A stretch of DNA of 64,000 nt from a virus. Taxonomy: Duplodnaviria > Caudoviricetes. Under the pieces are notes generated by a model. It ran no database searches. It worked only from the letters and a program-made list of their open reading frames with translations, and was not told where the DNA came from. Location: the IMG/VR virus record IMGVR_UViG_3300021400_000143, positions 16,616 through 80,615 of that record. The stretch is one strand, 5' to 3'. The translations under genes were made by a program, and so were the position numbers. Shown in pieces: positions 47,027-56,395 of this stretch (its first letter is position 1; each line of letters opens with the position of its first letter).

Positions 47027-49828
47027 TTAGAACGGTGCTTCGCCAGCTATTGGTAAGCCAAGAGGGTCTAATTCTTCTTGTTGAACGTTTATTGTAGTAT
47101 CGTTTGCAAACGAAATAGATTGTTGCTCTTGTGCGTTTTCTATCTTGTTGATAACATAATTGCTATTATCCCAAGGTATCTCGTTAGGGTTGATATAAAC
47201 AGCTTTACCATCTATGTTTGGTATTGAAACGTATCTACCGTTATTGATATTAAATACAAATGTTGCACGACCTTTTTCTCCAAGATGTCTGAACTTCATT
47301 TTGGTAACGTGCATTTCAGCATAGTTGGCTTGCTCGTTTCTCCACACTGTTATACCTATATCAGCTTTGTCGTAGATTTCAGACGCACCTTTGCAAGCGT
47401 ACAAGTCAACGACAGGATATAGTCCGCTTTCAAGTTTTTGTTGTTTGGTTGGGTGCATAACAAGGAACAAAGCGACATCATACTTTCTTGCAAACCATCG
47501 TATCTTTTGCAAGAACTCGCTTATATATTCATCTTGCTTTTGTGTTGTTCTCTCTTTATCAGTTAAAGCGTTGAAAGGGTCTATAACGAAAGCTCTAATT
47601 CCTTTCTTACGAATGAGATATTTTCCACGTTCAAGCACGGAGTTAATATCTGTATCATCTGGGTCAATCCAAAAGAAATTGTTATTCACGTATTCTTTTA
47701 GAACTTCGTATGTACGTTGGTTGTAGTTTTGTGCGTTGAATCTTGCACCACCAAGCGTTTCTATTATCTGCGATATATGCAATGTAACAGGATAAAACTC
47801 TGGAGAGAAGAAAGCAATCTTCCAATCGTTAAGAATATTCAGTCTTGAAAGGAAATAATTAAGTAAGTACGTCTTGCCGTGGGATGGCACTCCAGTAACA
47901 ACCGTCAGCATACCAGTCTTGAAAGACAATATATTGTCAACATCGGGAATACCTATCGTTGCACCTTTTTGCAGTCCGTTGTGGAATAAATAGTCCAAAT
48001 CGGTTTGAACATCATAAAGTTCTTCAATGCCCTGTGGCTTTACATCGTAAGCGTTTTCAAAGCACTCAATAACTTTTTCACGACCATACTTGACAAGAAC
48101 TTCGTTTATATCTTTGCAACCGTCAGGATATTCGACAACCTTACACATTTCAGCACCGAACCTTCTAATAAGTTCATTCTTTGCTTCAATGCCTTTCTTG
48201 TCTCCATCCGTTGACACATAAATGATTTCAAGCTTGTCGAAATGGCTCTCCACATAATCATCCATCCATTCAAGATTTACGTTTGCACCTGCTGGCATAG
48301 ATATTACGTGTTTGTAGCCACATTCAAGATAAGCAAGAGTGTCACAGTTGCCACTAACAGTAATGTTTTCGTTTTGTCTAACAAGAAGCGTTCCTTTAGG
48401 CATTGTGCAACAATAAACCATTCCTTTATATGGAACAAGTCTTTTTCTATTAGAACTAATAGAAGAGAAACTTTTTTTCAACAAAGAAACCTTATACCAT
48501 TTTCCATGTTCGTTTTCTCTGTATGTTATTGTTGACATCATACCTCCTAAATGGCATAATGTTTGAACCCAAACTGCATTGTGATACAATTTTGTGTTGT
48601 ACTCTTTCATTGTTCGGTTGTTCACGCTATTACCATCCCACAAAACAAGTTCTTCAAGCATTACACGTATTTGCTCTTTGCTTGCAAGATAAAGCCATTC
48701 ATTAGGAAATTCCTTGTATGCTTGAATTTGGTGTCTATGCACATAAAAATCTACATAACCATCACGACTACTCTTATAAGCAGTATAGCGAAGATTGTTT
48801 TGTTCAAGCAACATCTTTATTCTTTCAATCTTTCGCTCTTTTTTAAAGCAAGCATAAAAGTCACCTTTTTCTCTTATAGTGAAATCAGCACTTATTGCAA
48901 TCAGTAAGCGTAAACGCTCTTCGCTTAAAGGAATACCTACACCATTGTAAATGCCGTTTCTTGGAATGTTGATTTGCGAATGAATATCTATTGCATGGCA
49001 TTTTTTGATTATACCATTTCGCTCGACAACAAGATTATGCAGTGGTGTGGTGAATGAAGTATAATTACCTCTATGACTATATAATTCGACCATATCCCCT
49101 TCGTATTGTTTACGAACAATAGCCAAAGGTTTTGCAAAGGTGATTATGCCATTTTCCCATTGCGCTACTTCATCGTTTTGCTCTAAGTCCTTAATCTTTT
49201 TCCAGCATCCGCTTTGTGTAAGAACCTGTGCGTCTTCATCAAAACACTCGCCCTCTGTAATGATGCAATACTTTTGCTCACCATCAGAATAAGATTTTTC
49301 AGCAATACTATCGAGGTTATAAGGAACAACCTTAGCACCGCCAATAAAAGTGAAATGTTTATCTCTTGTGCGGTATTTAGTGTTTACATGCTCACCATCC
49401 ACATAATAGTTAAACGCAATACAACCTCTCTTTGCTGAATCTTGTGGAAAGTAATAAGTCTCTTTCGTTACTTTCGCTTCAAGTAAAGTCTTTTCAGAGA
49501 TACCACGTCCTTTAAAATATGCAACCACACCTGCATCCAAAGTTGTTTGTATGTTTGGTTGTGTGCTTGGTTTCCTATATGTTTTTGGCATGTGCTTAAC
49601 CTCTCTATTTATCCGTTGTATAGACTCTCGTGTTCGTGATTTCAAATAACCACTCGCACCGCAATAATGGCACTTATATGCAAGTGTTGCACAATCTATT
49701 GACAAAGACTTGTCTTTCTTATTACTTCTTTGTTCGTGGCATAAAGGACAAATTACTTTTATGTGTCCTGTATTTCTGCCATTGAGATAATAAGCAAAGT
49801 CTTCGATATATAGTTTATCATTGTCCAT
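47027..49828 (-). CDS. T7 gp4/Twinkle-like primase-helicase, interrupted by an intein
   Basis: Zn finger CPLC/CHYC, Toprim EGE|CD, Walker A GVPSHGKT, IDPFN, HPTK. Confidence 0.9.
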   Translation of the reverse strand: MDNDKLYIEDFAYYLNGRNTGHIKVICPLCHEQRSNKKDKSLSIDCATLAYKCHYCGASGYLKSRTRESIQRINREVKHMPKTYRKPSTQPNIQTTLDAGVVAYFKGRGISEKTLLEAKVTKETYYFPQDSAKRGCIAFNYYVDGEHVNTKYRTRDKHFTFIGGAKVVPYNLDSIAEKSYSDGEQKYCIITEGECFDEDAQVLTQSGCWKKIKDLEQNDEVAQWENGIITFAKPLAIVRKQYEGDMVELYSHRGNYTSFTTPLHNLVVERNGIIKKCHAIDIHSQINIPRNGIYNGVGIPLSEERLRLLIAISADFTIREKGDFYACFKKERKIERIKMLLEQNNLRYTAYKSSRDGYVDFYVHRHQIQAYKEFPNEWLYLASKEQIRVMLEELVLWDGNSVNNRTMKEYNTKLYHNAVWVQTLCHLGGMMSTITYRENEHGKWYKVSLLKKSFSSISSNRKRLVPYKGMVYCCTMPKGTLLVRQNENITVSGNCDTLAYLECGYKHVISMPAGANVNLEWMDDYVESHFDKLEIIYVSTDGDKKGIEAKNELIRRFGAEMCKVVEYPDGCKDINEVLVKYGREKVIECFENAYDVKPQGIEELYDVQTDLDYLFHNGLQKGATIGIPDVDNILSFKTGMLTVVTGVPSHGKTYLLNYFLSRLNILNDWKIAFFSPEFYPVTLHISQIIETLGGARFNAQNYNQRTYEVLKEYVNNNFFWIDPDDTDINSVLERGKYLIRKKGIRAFVIDPFNALTDKERTTQKQDEYISEFLQKIRWFARKYDVALFLVMHPTKQQKLESGLYPVVDLYACKGASEIYDKADIGITVWRNEQANYAEMHVTKMKFRHLGEKGRATFVFNINNGRYVSIPNIDGKAVYINPNEIPWDNSNYVINKIENAQEQQSISFANDTTINVQQEELDPLGLPIAGEAPF
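48347..49246 (-). mobile_element. Intein, 300 aa, with a LAGLIDADG-like endonuclease region
   Basis: Block A CFDEDAQVLT, block B TPLH, block F VYCCTMP, ends SGN before Cys+1; removal restores EGECD. Confidence 0.9.
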
Positions 49829-50621
49829 TTTCTGTAAACCATTGTAGTATGAATTGCTTTCGGTTATTCATCCATCCTTCTTTTGCGCTTGCTGGTAGCA
49901 TGTGATATTGGTACGCATCTAATTGTAATATCTTAGCTTGCTCTGAATCTGTGAGAGACAAGAATTTTTGCATCATATCTTCTTCTTTGCTATTTGATGA
50001 TTGAGAAAATAAGTCGTTGTTATTGTTTCTATTCCCATACCATGTTGCACAACATTTTTTCCAATTAGATACTTTCTTTCGATTAGCTCCTTTACCATAA
50101 TGCCAGTCGTCAGCTTCATAATAATCAACAAAAGCCTTTGCACTAAAGTTATAACCCTTTTCTTTGATAAAAGCTTCAACTTCTTGTATTGTTGGTGGAA
50201 TAAATTCTTTTGGCTTTTTATTATCTTTATTATTATCTGGATTATTATTATCTTTATCTGGATTATTATTATAATTAAACTCACGCGCGTGAGAGGGTTG
50301 TTGCTCTTGGCAATGCAGACTTGTCGAAAACGACAATGCTGATTTGATATATCTTTTACGACCATCGAATTTTGTTTTTATAACATAACCCTTTTTCATC
50401 AATGAAGAAAGTGTTTTACTTGCGTTTGCTATACTAATACCTAACAACTCTGAAATATACTCATTGGAGAAATAACAATCCTTATCTTTTGAAGTGTAAC
50501 TATCTATTTCGAGAAATAATATTTTCTCATTCCATGAAAGGCTTTTATCCTTCCAAATTTCTATTGGAATCCAAATACCTTTTATTTGTCTTTCTTGTTT
50601 GATTTGTTCTTCTTGGTCCAT
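49818..50621 (-). CDS. Replication initiator / replisome organiser (winged-HTH N-terminus)
   Basis: GIWIPIEIW..LSWNEKIL...SNEYISELLG...LMKKGYV; directly upstream of the primase-helicase. Confidence 0.7.
   Translation of the reverse strand: MDQEEQIKQERQIKGIWIPIEIWKDKSLSWNEKILFLEIDSYTSKDKDCYFSNEYISELLGISIANASKTLSSLMKKGYVIKTKFDGRKRYIKSALSFSTSLHCQEQQPSHAREFNYNNNPDKDNNNPDNNKDNKKPKEFIPPTIQEVEAFIKEKGYNFSAKAFVDYYEADDWHYGKGANRKKVSNWKKCCATWYGNRNNNNDLFSQSSNSKEEDMMQKFLSLTDSEQAKILQLDAYQYHMLPASAKEGWMNNRKQFILQWFTENGQ
50219..50271. repeat. Iteron-like direct repeats inside the initiator gene
   Basis: TTATCTGGATTATTATTA at 50233 and 50254; TTATCTTTA at 50221 and 50248. Confidence 0.55.
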
Positions 50622-50627
50622 AATTTT

Positions 50628-50761
50628 GTAGCTGTTTGTTTAGAAAACCAAACGGACGATATTACTCACGTCAGCTACTCCGCTTTCATATCGCCCGTTT
50701 CGGCAAAAATAGTAATTACTTTATCTCGCTTTACTTTGCGTTTAATGTAGCTGGCAACGCA
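50628..50761 (-). ncRNA. Candidate structured 5' leader of the initiator operon
   Basis: 6-bp and 13-bp hairpins with complementary loops CAGCTAC/GTAGCTG; a second CAGCTAC lies before the ATG. Confidence 0.55.
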
Positions 50762-50781
50762 TCGTAATCATCTTTCTTTTG

Positions 50782-50813
50782 CAAAGAAAATACTTTTATT
50801 TTAAACACACAAA
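50782..50813 (-). promoter_or_regulatory. Near-consensus promoter TTTG-N20-TTTCTTTG
   Basis: One mismatch in the -7 box; directly upstream of the leader. Confidence 0.45.
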
Positions 50814-50836
50814 TGTTTTGAATGTTTTAACAAAAA

Positions 50837-51445
50837 TTATAATGGCTTGGTGTATTCGCCATATTGCTCACAACATTTAGTAACCTCAATCTTCGTAGCA
50901 TTATACCAAAGTTTATACACTTGGGAAACATTTTTATCAAACCCTTGTGCAACACATCTTGTTTCTGGTGTGCATGGGTAAATCTTGCAATCCGAATATG
51001 AGTCGCAAACACAACAATAATGAAGTTTGTTATCATATATTCTGGCATACGCAAACCAGTCGAGAATCCATTTGTTTTCTTTTGTTACGATATATACAAG
51101 CATACCTTTTGACAGAGGTAAAATATCGTCCCAAATAAGAATGTCGTTTTTATCATCAAACTGCTTAAACGTGCAGATACTCTTATCAAATGGCTCTTCT
51201 TTCTTTGTACTGTACCGTTCTTCATGACACTTAGCAATCTGGTCTCTAATTTTTTTAGAGACTTTCTTGTCAAGCATAGAAGCGTTTGTGATAGTATGCA
51301 GTTCATACTGAAAGAATAATTCTGTCGTAATCTTTGCGCAATGATGTTTTTTCGCAATTTCTGAAAAACCTTTGAGGGTTTTCTTTTTCTGATAATACTC
51401 TACCACATCACAGAGGTAGTTGTGAAATTTCTCGTAGTCAATCAT
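50837..51445 (-). CDS. Hypothetical protein
   Basis: 202-aa ORF. Confidence 0.65.
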   Translation of the reverse strand: MIDYEKFHNYLCDVVEYYQKKKTLKGFSEIAKKHHCAKITTELFFQYELHTITNASMLDKKVSKKIRDQIAKCHEERYSTKKEEPFDKSICTFKQFDDKNDILIWDDILPLSKGMLVYIVTKENKWILDWFAYARIYDNKLHYCCVCDSYSDCKIYPCTPETRCVAQGFDKNVSQVYKLWYNATKIEVTKCCEQYGEYTKPL

Positions 51446-51457
51446 AATCTTTAAGTT

Positions 51458-52243
51458 TTAAAAAAGTGAAAGTTGTGCTTGCTCGTTCTTGATTCTCTTG
51501 CAAGCAATGTCGTAGTATTCCTTTGAGAGTTCAAAGCCGATGAAGTGCCGTTTCTCTTTGATACACGCTATTGCAGTTGTGCCGCTGCCCATGCAGTTGT
51601 CGAGCACGGTGTCGCCCTCGTTGGTGTAGGTCAGAACGAGATAGCGCAACAGGTCAACGGGCTTTTGGGTAGGATGAAGACGCTCGGAATCTCTGTCAAA
51701 AGCGATAAGATTGATAGGGAATCGACTACCATCGCTGATTGTTAGAGTTCCACCATCTTGCGCCTTGCATACACCGCGAACCATTGCCGTGTCTTTCTTT
51801 TGCGCTCCACTCTTGCAGACGTATGGCTCAAAGCCTTGTCGCATTTGCGGATTGTAGTTGAGATAGATGCCGCGTTTGCTCTCGGTGGTTGCCGCTTGAC
51901 CGAATACGCAGATGTCCTCGGTTATCTTCAATGGCTGATGATGTGCGTTGAGAAAGTTCGTGCCGCTATCCTTTTGCCATATCCAATTATACTTGTAGTC
52001 GTTGACATTCGACATAATCAATGCCGAAGTAAACGGCTGCTGGCTGAACAATACGATTGCCGCTGTCGGCTTTACGATGCGTCGGTACTGTTCCCATAGC
52101 TTGTCGAAAGGTATCACGCTATCCCATGCGCAGGCGGTTGTCCCATACGGCAAATCGCAAATCACCGCGTCAATCGTTCCGTCGGGAATGTTTTTCATTC
52201 CTTCAAGGCAATCCGTGTTATATATCGTGTCGAGTTCAATCAT
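51458..52243 (-). CDS. Amino-DNA methyltransferase (N6/N4, beta class)
   Basis: DLPY, HPTQKP, VLDNCMGSGTT. Confidence 0.9.
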   Translation of the reverse strand: MIELDTIYNTDCLEGMKNIPDGTIDAVICDLPYGTTACAWDSVIPFDKLWEQYRRIVKPTAAIVLFSQQPFTSALIMSNVNDYKYNWIWQKDSGTNFLNAHHQPLKITEDICVFGQAATTESKRGIYLNYNPQMRQGFEPYVCKSGAQKKDTAMVRGVCKAQDGGTLTISDGSRFPINLIAFDRDSERLHPTQKPVDLLRYLVLTYTNEGDTVLDNCMGSGTTAIACIKEKRHFIGFELSKEYYDIACKRIKNEQAQLSLF

Positions 52244-52267
52244 AGACTTTGTACGCTTTTAATGATT

Positions 52268-52423
52268 TTATCTATTTGATAAATTCTTTACTTTAAACTT
52301 ATAGCAAGCATGGCAATAATCATTCGTTGGTGTTTCTAAGCCACCATAATTGCATATAGATTGCCCGAAAACAGTGCAACCATAATACATACACTCGTAA
52401 CAAAGATATTGTATTTTACTCAT
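52268..52423 (-). CDS. Cys-rich micro-protein, 51 aa (MSKIQYLCYECMYYGC...CHACYKF...)
   Basis: Translated by hand; six Cys including two CxxC. Confidence 0.5.
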   Translation of the reverse strand: MSKIQYLCYECMYYGCTVFGQSICNYGGLETPTNDYCHACYKFKVKNLSNR

Positions 52424-52458
52424 AATATTCAAAACATTCGTTTTAAGGTATCTGTCGT

Positions 52459-52528
52459 GCGTTCTAAGCGCATTTGTATATTCGTGTGGTAACTTGTACC
52501 ACTTTGAAAATAAAACCGCTTAAAACGC
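52459..52528 (-). repeat. Dispersed ~70-nt structured element, copy 3
   Basis: Minus strand GCGTTTTAAG...GTGGTACAAGTTACCAC...CTTAGAACGC, starting right after the 52531 stop. Confidence 0.75.
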
Positions 52529-52530
52529 AT

Positions 52531-52758
52531 TTATTCATTATTACCATATTCAAATTCAATTAGCATATCTATCGTGTGTTTCGCTTTTTCCAAATCTTCC
52601 CTACCACCTTTATCACGAAATCTTGTTACGTATTTTATGATTGTTTGTTGGCAAGGGTCTAAATGATTCTTCATTGCGTACTCCATTGGTTGTATTGCAA
52701 GTTTGGAATAATGATTTCCACCAACTTGACTTTTTAATACACTTTTATCGTTTCCCAT
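52531..52758 (-). CDS. DUF3310-family protein
   Basis: QVGGNHY...IQP.EY...IIKYVTR...KGGREDLEKA. Confidence 0.8.
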   Translation of the reverse strand: MGNDKSVLKSQVGGNHYSKLAIQPMEYAMKNHLDPCQQTIIKYVTRFRDKGGREDLEKAKHTIDMLIEFEYGNNE

Positions 52759-53158
52759 TTTCTTCTTCGTATTTGAATAGCAATCCTACAATAGCACGGC
52801 ATAAATCGTATTGAGTTTTATCTTTTGGAATCTCGTCAAGATGCTGCGAAAGATAATGTGCATACTTTTCCATTGTTCCAAGCTTTGCGAGTGACACATC
52901 TTGTAAGTCTCCAGCTTTCATGCACATATAGTTTTCGTATAAATACTTTCCGTTTGTAAACGATTTAGAGCCATAGTGTTTAACAACCACCCAAACACCT
53001 TCTGGTATATCGTTTGTTATAAGCATAGAGCATGGTGTGTATGTAACCTTCTTACCACGAACAACACGCTTATATAATTTGTTGTCGTATTCCTGTACTG
53101 GTTCGTGATATTCTTTATACCGACCATTCTTGTCTTTTATATACAATTTTTCTTTCAT
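52745..53158 (-). CDS. Hypothetical protein
   Basis: 137-aa coupled ORF. Confidence 0.65.
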   Translation of the reverse strand: MKEKLYIKDKNGRYKEYHEPVQEYDNKLYKRVVRGKKVTYTPCSMLITNDIPEGVWVVVKHYGSKSFTNGKYLYENYMCMKAGDLQDVSLAKLGTMEKYAHYLSQHLDEIPKDKTQYDLCRAIVGLLFKYEEENGKR

Positions 53159-53159
53159 G

Positions 53160-53501
53160 TTATTTTTTGTTTAATTTGGTTTTGAATAATATAGCACTCA
53201 CTTTACTGTAAATACCAACGTGTTTTAATTTCTTTATCTTATCAAAATCATCATCGTCAAAACACTCACGATAAGACTTTTCAAGAATATTTGGAATATC
53301 CTTACGTTGTACTCGTTCGTCATCACACAACCTTGAAAGCATTTGTACTTCTTTTTCAGTTGCTTCACATTCATGGTTTGAATTAGCTTTGATGATATTA
53401 TCTAACCATTCTCCAAGTCCATGTTTCTTTGCCATATATTTCAACTTGCAAAGATAACCACGACATAATTCTTGTAATTTGTTGTTGCGTTTTGTTTCCA
53501 T
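53160..53501 (-). CDS. Hypothetical protein
   Basis: 113 aa, downstream of a promoter. Confidence 0.65.
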   Translation of the reverse strand: METKRNNKLQELCRGYLCKLKYMAKKHGLGEWLDNIIKANSNHECEATEKEVQMLSRLCDDERVQRKDIPNILEKSYRECFDDDDFDKIKKLKHVGIYSKVSAILFKTKLNKK

Positions 53502-53534
53502 CTTCCATATTTTCTATTGTTAATAAAATTATTG

Positions 53535-53566
53535 CAAATTTATTGTTTTATTTTTAATATCCCAAA
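53535..53566 (-). promoter_or_regulatory. Promoter TTTG-N20-TAAATTTG
   Basis: Full consensus. Confidence 0.7.
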
Positions 53567-54255
53567 TCTTTTTCAACTAATTTTACATCGTAATTAACAT
53601 TAGGGTTTTCAATCTTTGCGTTCTCTAAACACTCGTTTACGTATTCACCACGCAAAAAACCTTTGCACATAATTTTATACAATCGTTCGTTTTCTTCTGT
53701 GTTCAATTCAACAAACGATTGTGTGGCATAAAAGTAATCACATAACTTCTCGAATTTTTGTTGAATATGAGACAAATTGAACTCGTTAAAATTATGCACC
53801 ATCGTACATTTGAAATGATTCTTGCCGTATTCCATTGTTAGTTTATAGTGGTCTGTTGCAATAGAAAACAACAATCTTGTGACTTCACATTCTGCAACAA
53901 GTTCGCTATCTTTACACTCACCATTATCAAGATGCTTCTTTAAGCTGTCTCTAAATAACGATATGTGTTCATCAGCCAAGTCTATTACTCTATCTGAATA
54001 ATCAAAGAAAAACTTTTTGTTCTTCATTTCAGACATAATATTAGTCTTTTGTATTGTTACATTTCTATCAATCTCGTTAGCAAGTTGCTTGATGCGTTGT
54101 CTGAAATACTTTTTGTTGTCACGTAACAAGATGTAAAAGTTTATAAATTCGTTCAGCGCAGCAGTAACCGTTAGTGATACACCAAAGTCCATTTCTTTTG
54201 CAATAACCTTTAGTGCTTCGAGTTGTTGTGGTGTTTGATAGATAATCTTTTTCAT
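53554..54255 (-). CDS. Helical hypothetical protein
   Basis: 233-aa ORF. Confidence 0.7.
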   Translation of the reverse strand: MKKIIYQTPQQLEALKVIAKEMDFGVSLTVTAALNEFINFYILLRDNKKYFRQRIKQLANEIDRNVTIQKTNIMSEMKNKKFFFDYSDRVIDLADEHISLFRDSLKKHLDNGECKDSELVAECEVTRLLFSIATDHYKLTMEYGKNHFKCTMVHNFNEFNLSHIQQKFEKLCDYFYATQSFVELNTEENERLYKIMCKGFLRGEYVNECLENAKIENPNVNYDVKLVEKDLGY

Positions 54256-54902
54256 AAATCAAATTTAAAATTCTGTTGTGTAATCGTGTTCCCTTTATTG
54301 TCGTGTGTGATACCCAGACATTCTTTTTCAAAGCGTTCACAGCCATTATTAAAATAATCGCTATCAATCTCGCACCCTATATAATCAAACCCCATCTTGT
54401 AAGCTGCTATACGACTTGATTGACTACCCATCATCGGGTCAAAAATAGAATCGCCATCTTGCGCATAGTATTTTAATATCCATGCGTACAAAGCGACACT
54501 TTTCTGCGTTGGATGAATTTTATCTTCACCATTAGATGCAACGTGTTGTCTAAACATTTTTGCTGGCTTATCAAAAGAAGTCCAAGCGTACTCACACATT
54601 GCCAAAGTGAAATCTATTGGCTGTTTCTTATCCCATACGATAAAACCTTTTGTTGGTGGTAAATCGAAATAGTTGCCACCCCAAATAATCTGATTCTTTG
54701 ACACACGAAACAACTCTTGAAAGAATGTTTTATCTGGGGTTGTATTATCCCACGTTTTCTTTTCATGCTTTTGTCTTACTGGGTTGCTTGAAATACCTAT
54801 ACCGTAATTTGGGTCGGCGATACTTAAAGAAAAATAATTATCTGGTAGTGTAGACATATATTCAACACAATCGCAGTTAAATACATCACTTCTCGGTTTC
54901 AT
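54252..54902 (-). CDS. Amino-DNA methyltransferase with variant DPNY motif
   Basis: Start MKPRSDVFNCDC; DPNYGIG, HPTQKS, IFDPMMGSQSS. Confidence 0.8.
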   Translation of the reverse strand: MKPRSDVFNCDCVEYMSTLPDNYFSLSIADPNYGIGISSNPVRQKHEKKTWDNTTPDKTFFQELFRVSKNQIIWGGNYFDLPPTKGFIVWDKKQPIDFTLAMCEYAWTSFDKPAKMFRQHVASNGEDKIHPTQKSVALYAWILKYYAQDGDSIFDPMMGSQSSRIAAYKMGFDYIGCEIDSDYFNNGCERFEKECLGITHDNKGNTITQQNFKFDL

Positions 54903-55771
54903 CTTTAAACAGCTTTTGTTGCATGTATTCTTTTCTTTTTTTCTCTTGTATGCTTTCATTGAATATATCTTGGTGTATATTCTTTGAAATAGCGTCACAA
55001 GCATCAATGTAAAACCTCTTGGAAATTTCCATACCGTATGCTTTTCTACCCATACTTGCTGCGGCTATCAGTGTGCTACCACTTCCTGCAAACGGGTCTA
55101 TTACAACATCGTCAACATCTGTAAACAACTCGATAAGTTTTTTTAGCATTGGTATGCTTTTTTGTGTCGGATGAATACGTGCCATACCTAAATCTCTTGG
55201 GTAGTCCATACAATTAAACACCATCGCACCATTGTTGTTGAATTTAGGCAACTTATCACGATACAAAATCAAACCATATTCGCAGTTACCTACCACTCGC
55301 ATATTTGCTTTCAACACTTGTGCTGAATAGTTCTTTCTAAACACAAGATTGATATAATGATTCAATCCATATCGCTTTGCAAGTTCTATCAAATAGAATT
55401 GTTGCTCGAACTCGCAAAAGACAATCATACAAGGTGCTTTACCACTTTCTTTTGGCTCTGGCTTTAGCATTTGTGCAGCAAAGTGCATGAACTCTGCTGG
55501 CTTGAAATTTTCGTCGGTAACAAATGCAGTCTCGCCAGCGAGTTCACTTTCTCCGTTCTTTCGATTACCCCCCTTGATACCACGAAGGATTAGAACCATA
55601 CATATTGGTCGACAGATTGTAGGGTATGTCAGTTAAAATCAACTGTGCTTTTGGCAATCCAAATTTCTTATGGTCTTGCATTGTTGTGTTAAAAAGACCT
55701 ACACGATTATTCATTATGCGAAATTCAGGATTTACGTTTGCTACATCTTTTGTTGTTAGTTTCATATTCAA
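54886..55771 (-). pseudogene. Amino-DNA methyltransferase split by a 1-nt frameshift in a G6 run (55568-55573)
   Basis: The N-part has DIPY and ends WYQGG*; the other frame continues GNRKNGESELAG...HPTQKS...DPFAGSGST. Confidence 0.8.
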
Positions 55772-55778
55772 ACCTTTG

Positions 55779-56072
55779 TTATTGAAAATTCATTAGTTGT
55801 TTAGGCATATTTGGATGCCACTTTTGTATTGTGTAGTTTATGCCATCACAATTCGTTAAATGTGTACCATAATACTTGTCTTGTATATAACCTTTTTCAT
55901 CAAGTAATGGTACAATGAATGTTTGGCGAAAGTAGTCGTTCTTTGGATATGGTGCAGCAATGGATATTTCACCATTTATCTTGTCTTGTTTCTTTAGCCA
56001 TAATGGATTGTTTCTATTGCTTGGAGAACAATTACCTCTAAAGTCTCTTGTAAGAAAATAAATCGTAATCAT
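55779..56072 (-). CDS. Hypothetical protein
   Basis: 97-aa ORF. Confidence 0.6.
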   Translation of the reverse strand: MITIYFLTRDFRGNCSPSNRNNPLWLKKQDKINGEISIAAPYPKNDYFRQTFIVPLLDEKGYIQDKYYGTHLTNCDGINYTIQKWHPNMPKQLMNFQ

Positions 56073-56078
56073 TGCGTT

Positions 56079-56390
56079 TCATAGTTTTATCAATTCAATG
56101 TTAAATATATGTGCTACCGCTTTTTCAAGTCTTGCGCCTTTACTTTTGCTCCACCCTTTAATCATGCAGATACCATCGCATTTCATAAGATACCATAAAT
56201 CATAAAGAAGTGTCAGCTTATAACCTAAGAGTTTATACACCCACAAATGTTTTGCTGGTAATAATTTTGTAGGGTTACAAACATTATACCCACGTTTTAT
56301 TAGTTCTCGCTCTACGTCGGAAAATCTCTCCATGTATTCGTTTCGAGGTAAGCCAGTGATTGCACCGCTTATGTAGATTTTCTTTTCCAT
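56079..56390 (-). CDS. DUF4406-family (nucleoside deoxyribosyltransferase-like) protein
   Basis: IYISGAITG...NP...CDGI.MIKGWSKSKGARLE. Confidence 0.8.
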   Translation of the reverse strand: MEKKIYISGAITGLPRNEYMERFSDVERELIKRGYNVCNPTKLLPAKHLWVYKLLGYKLTLLYDLWYLMKCDGICMIKGWSKSKGARLEKAVAHIFNIELIKL

Positions 56391-56395
56391 AACTA

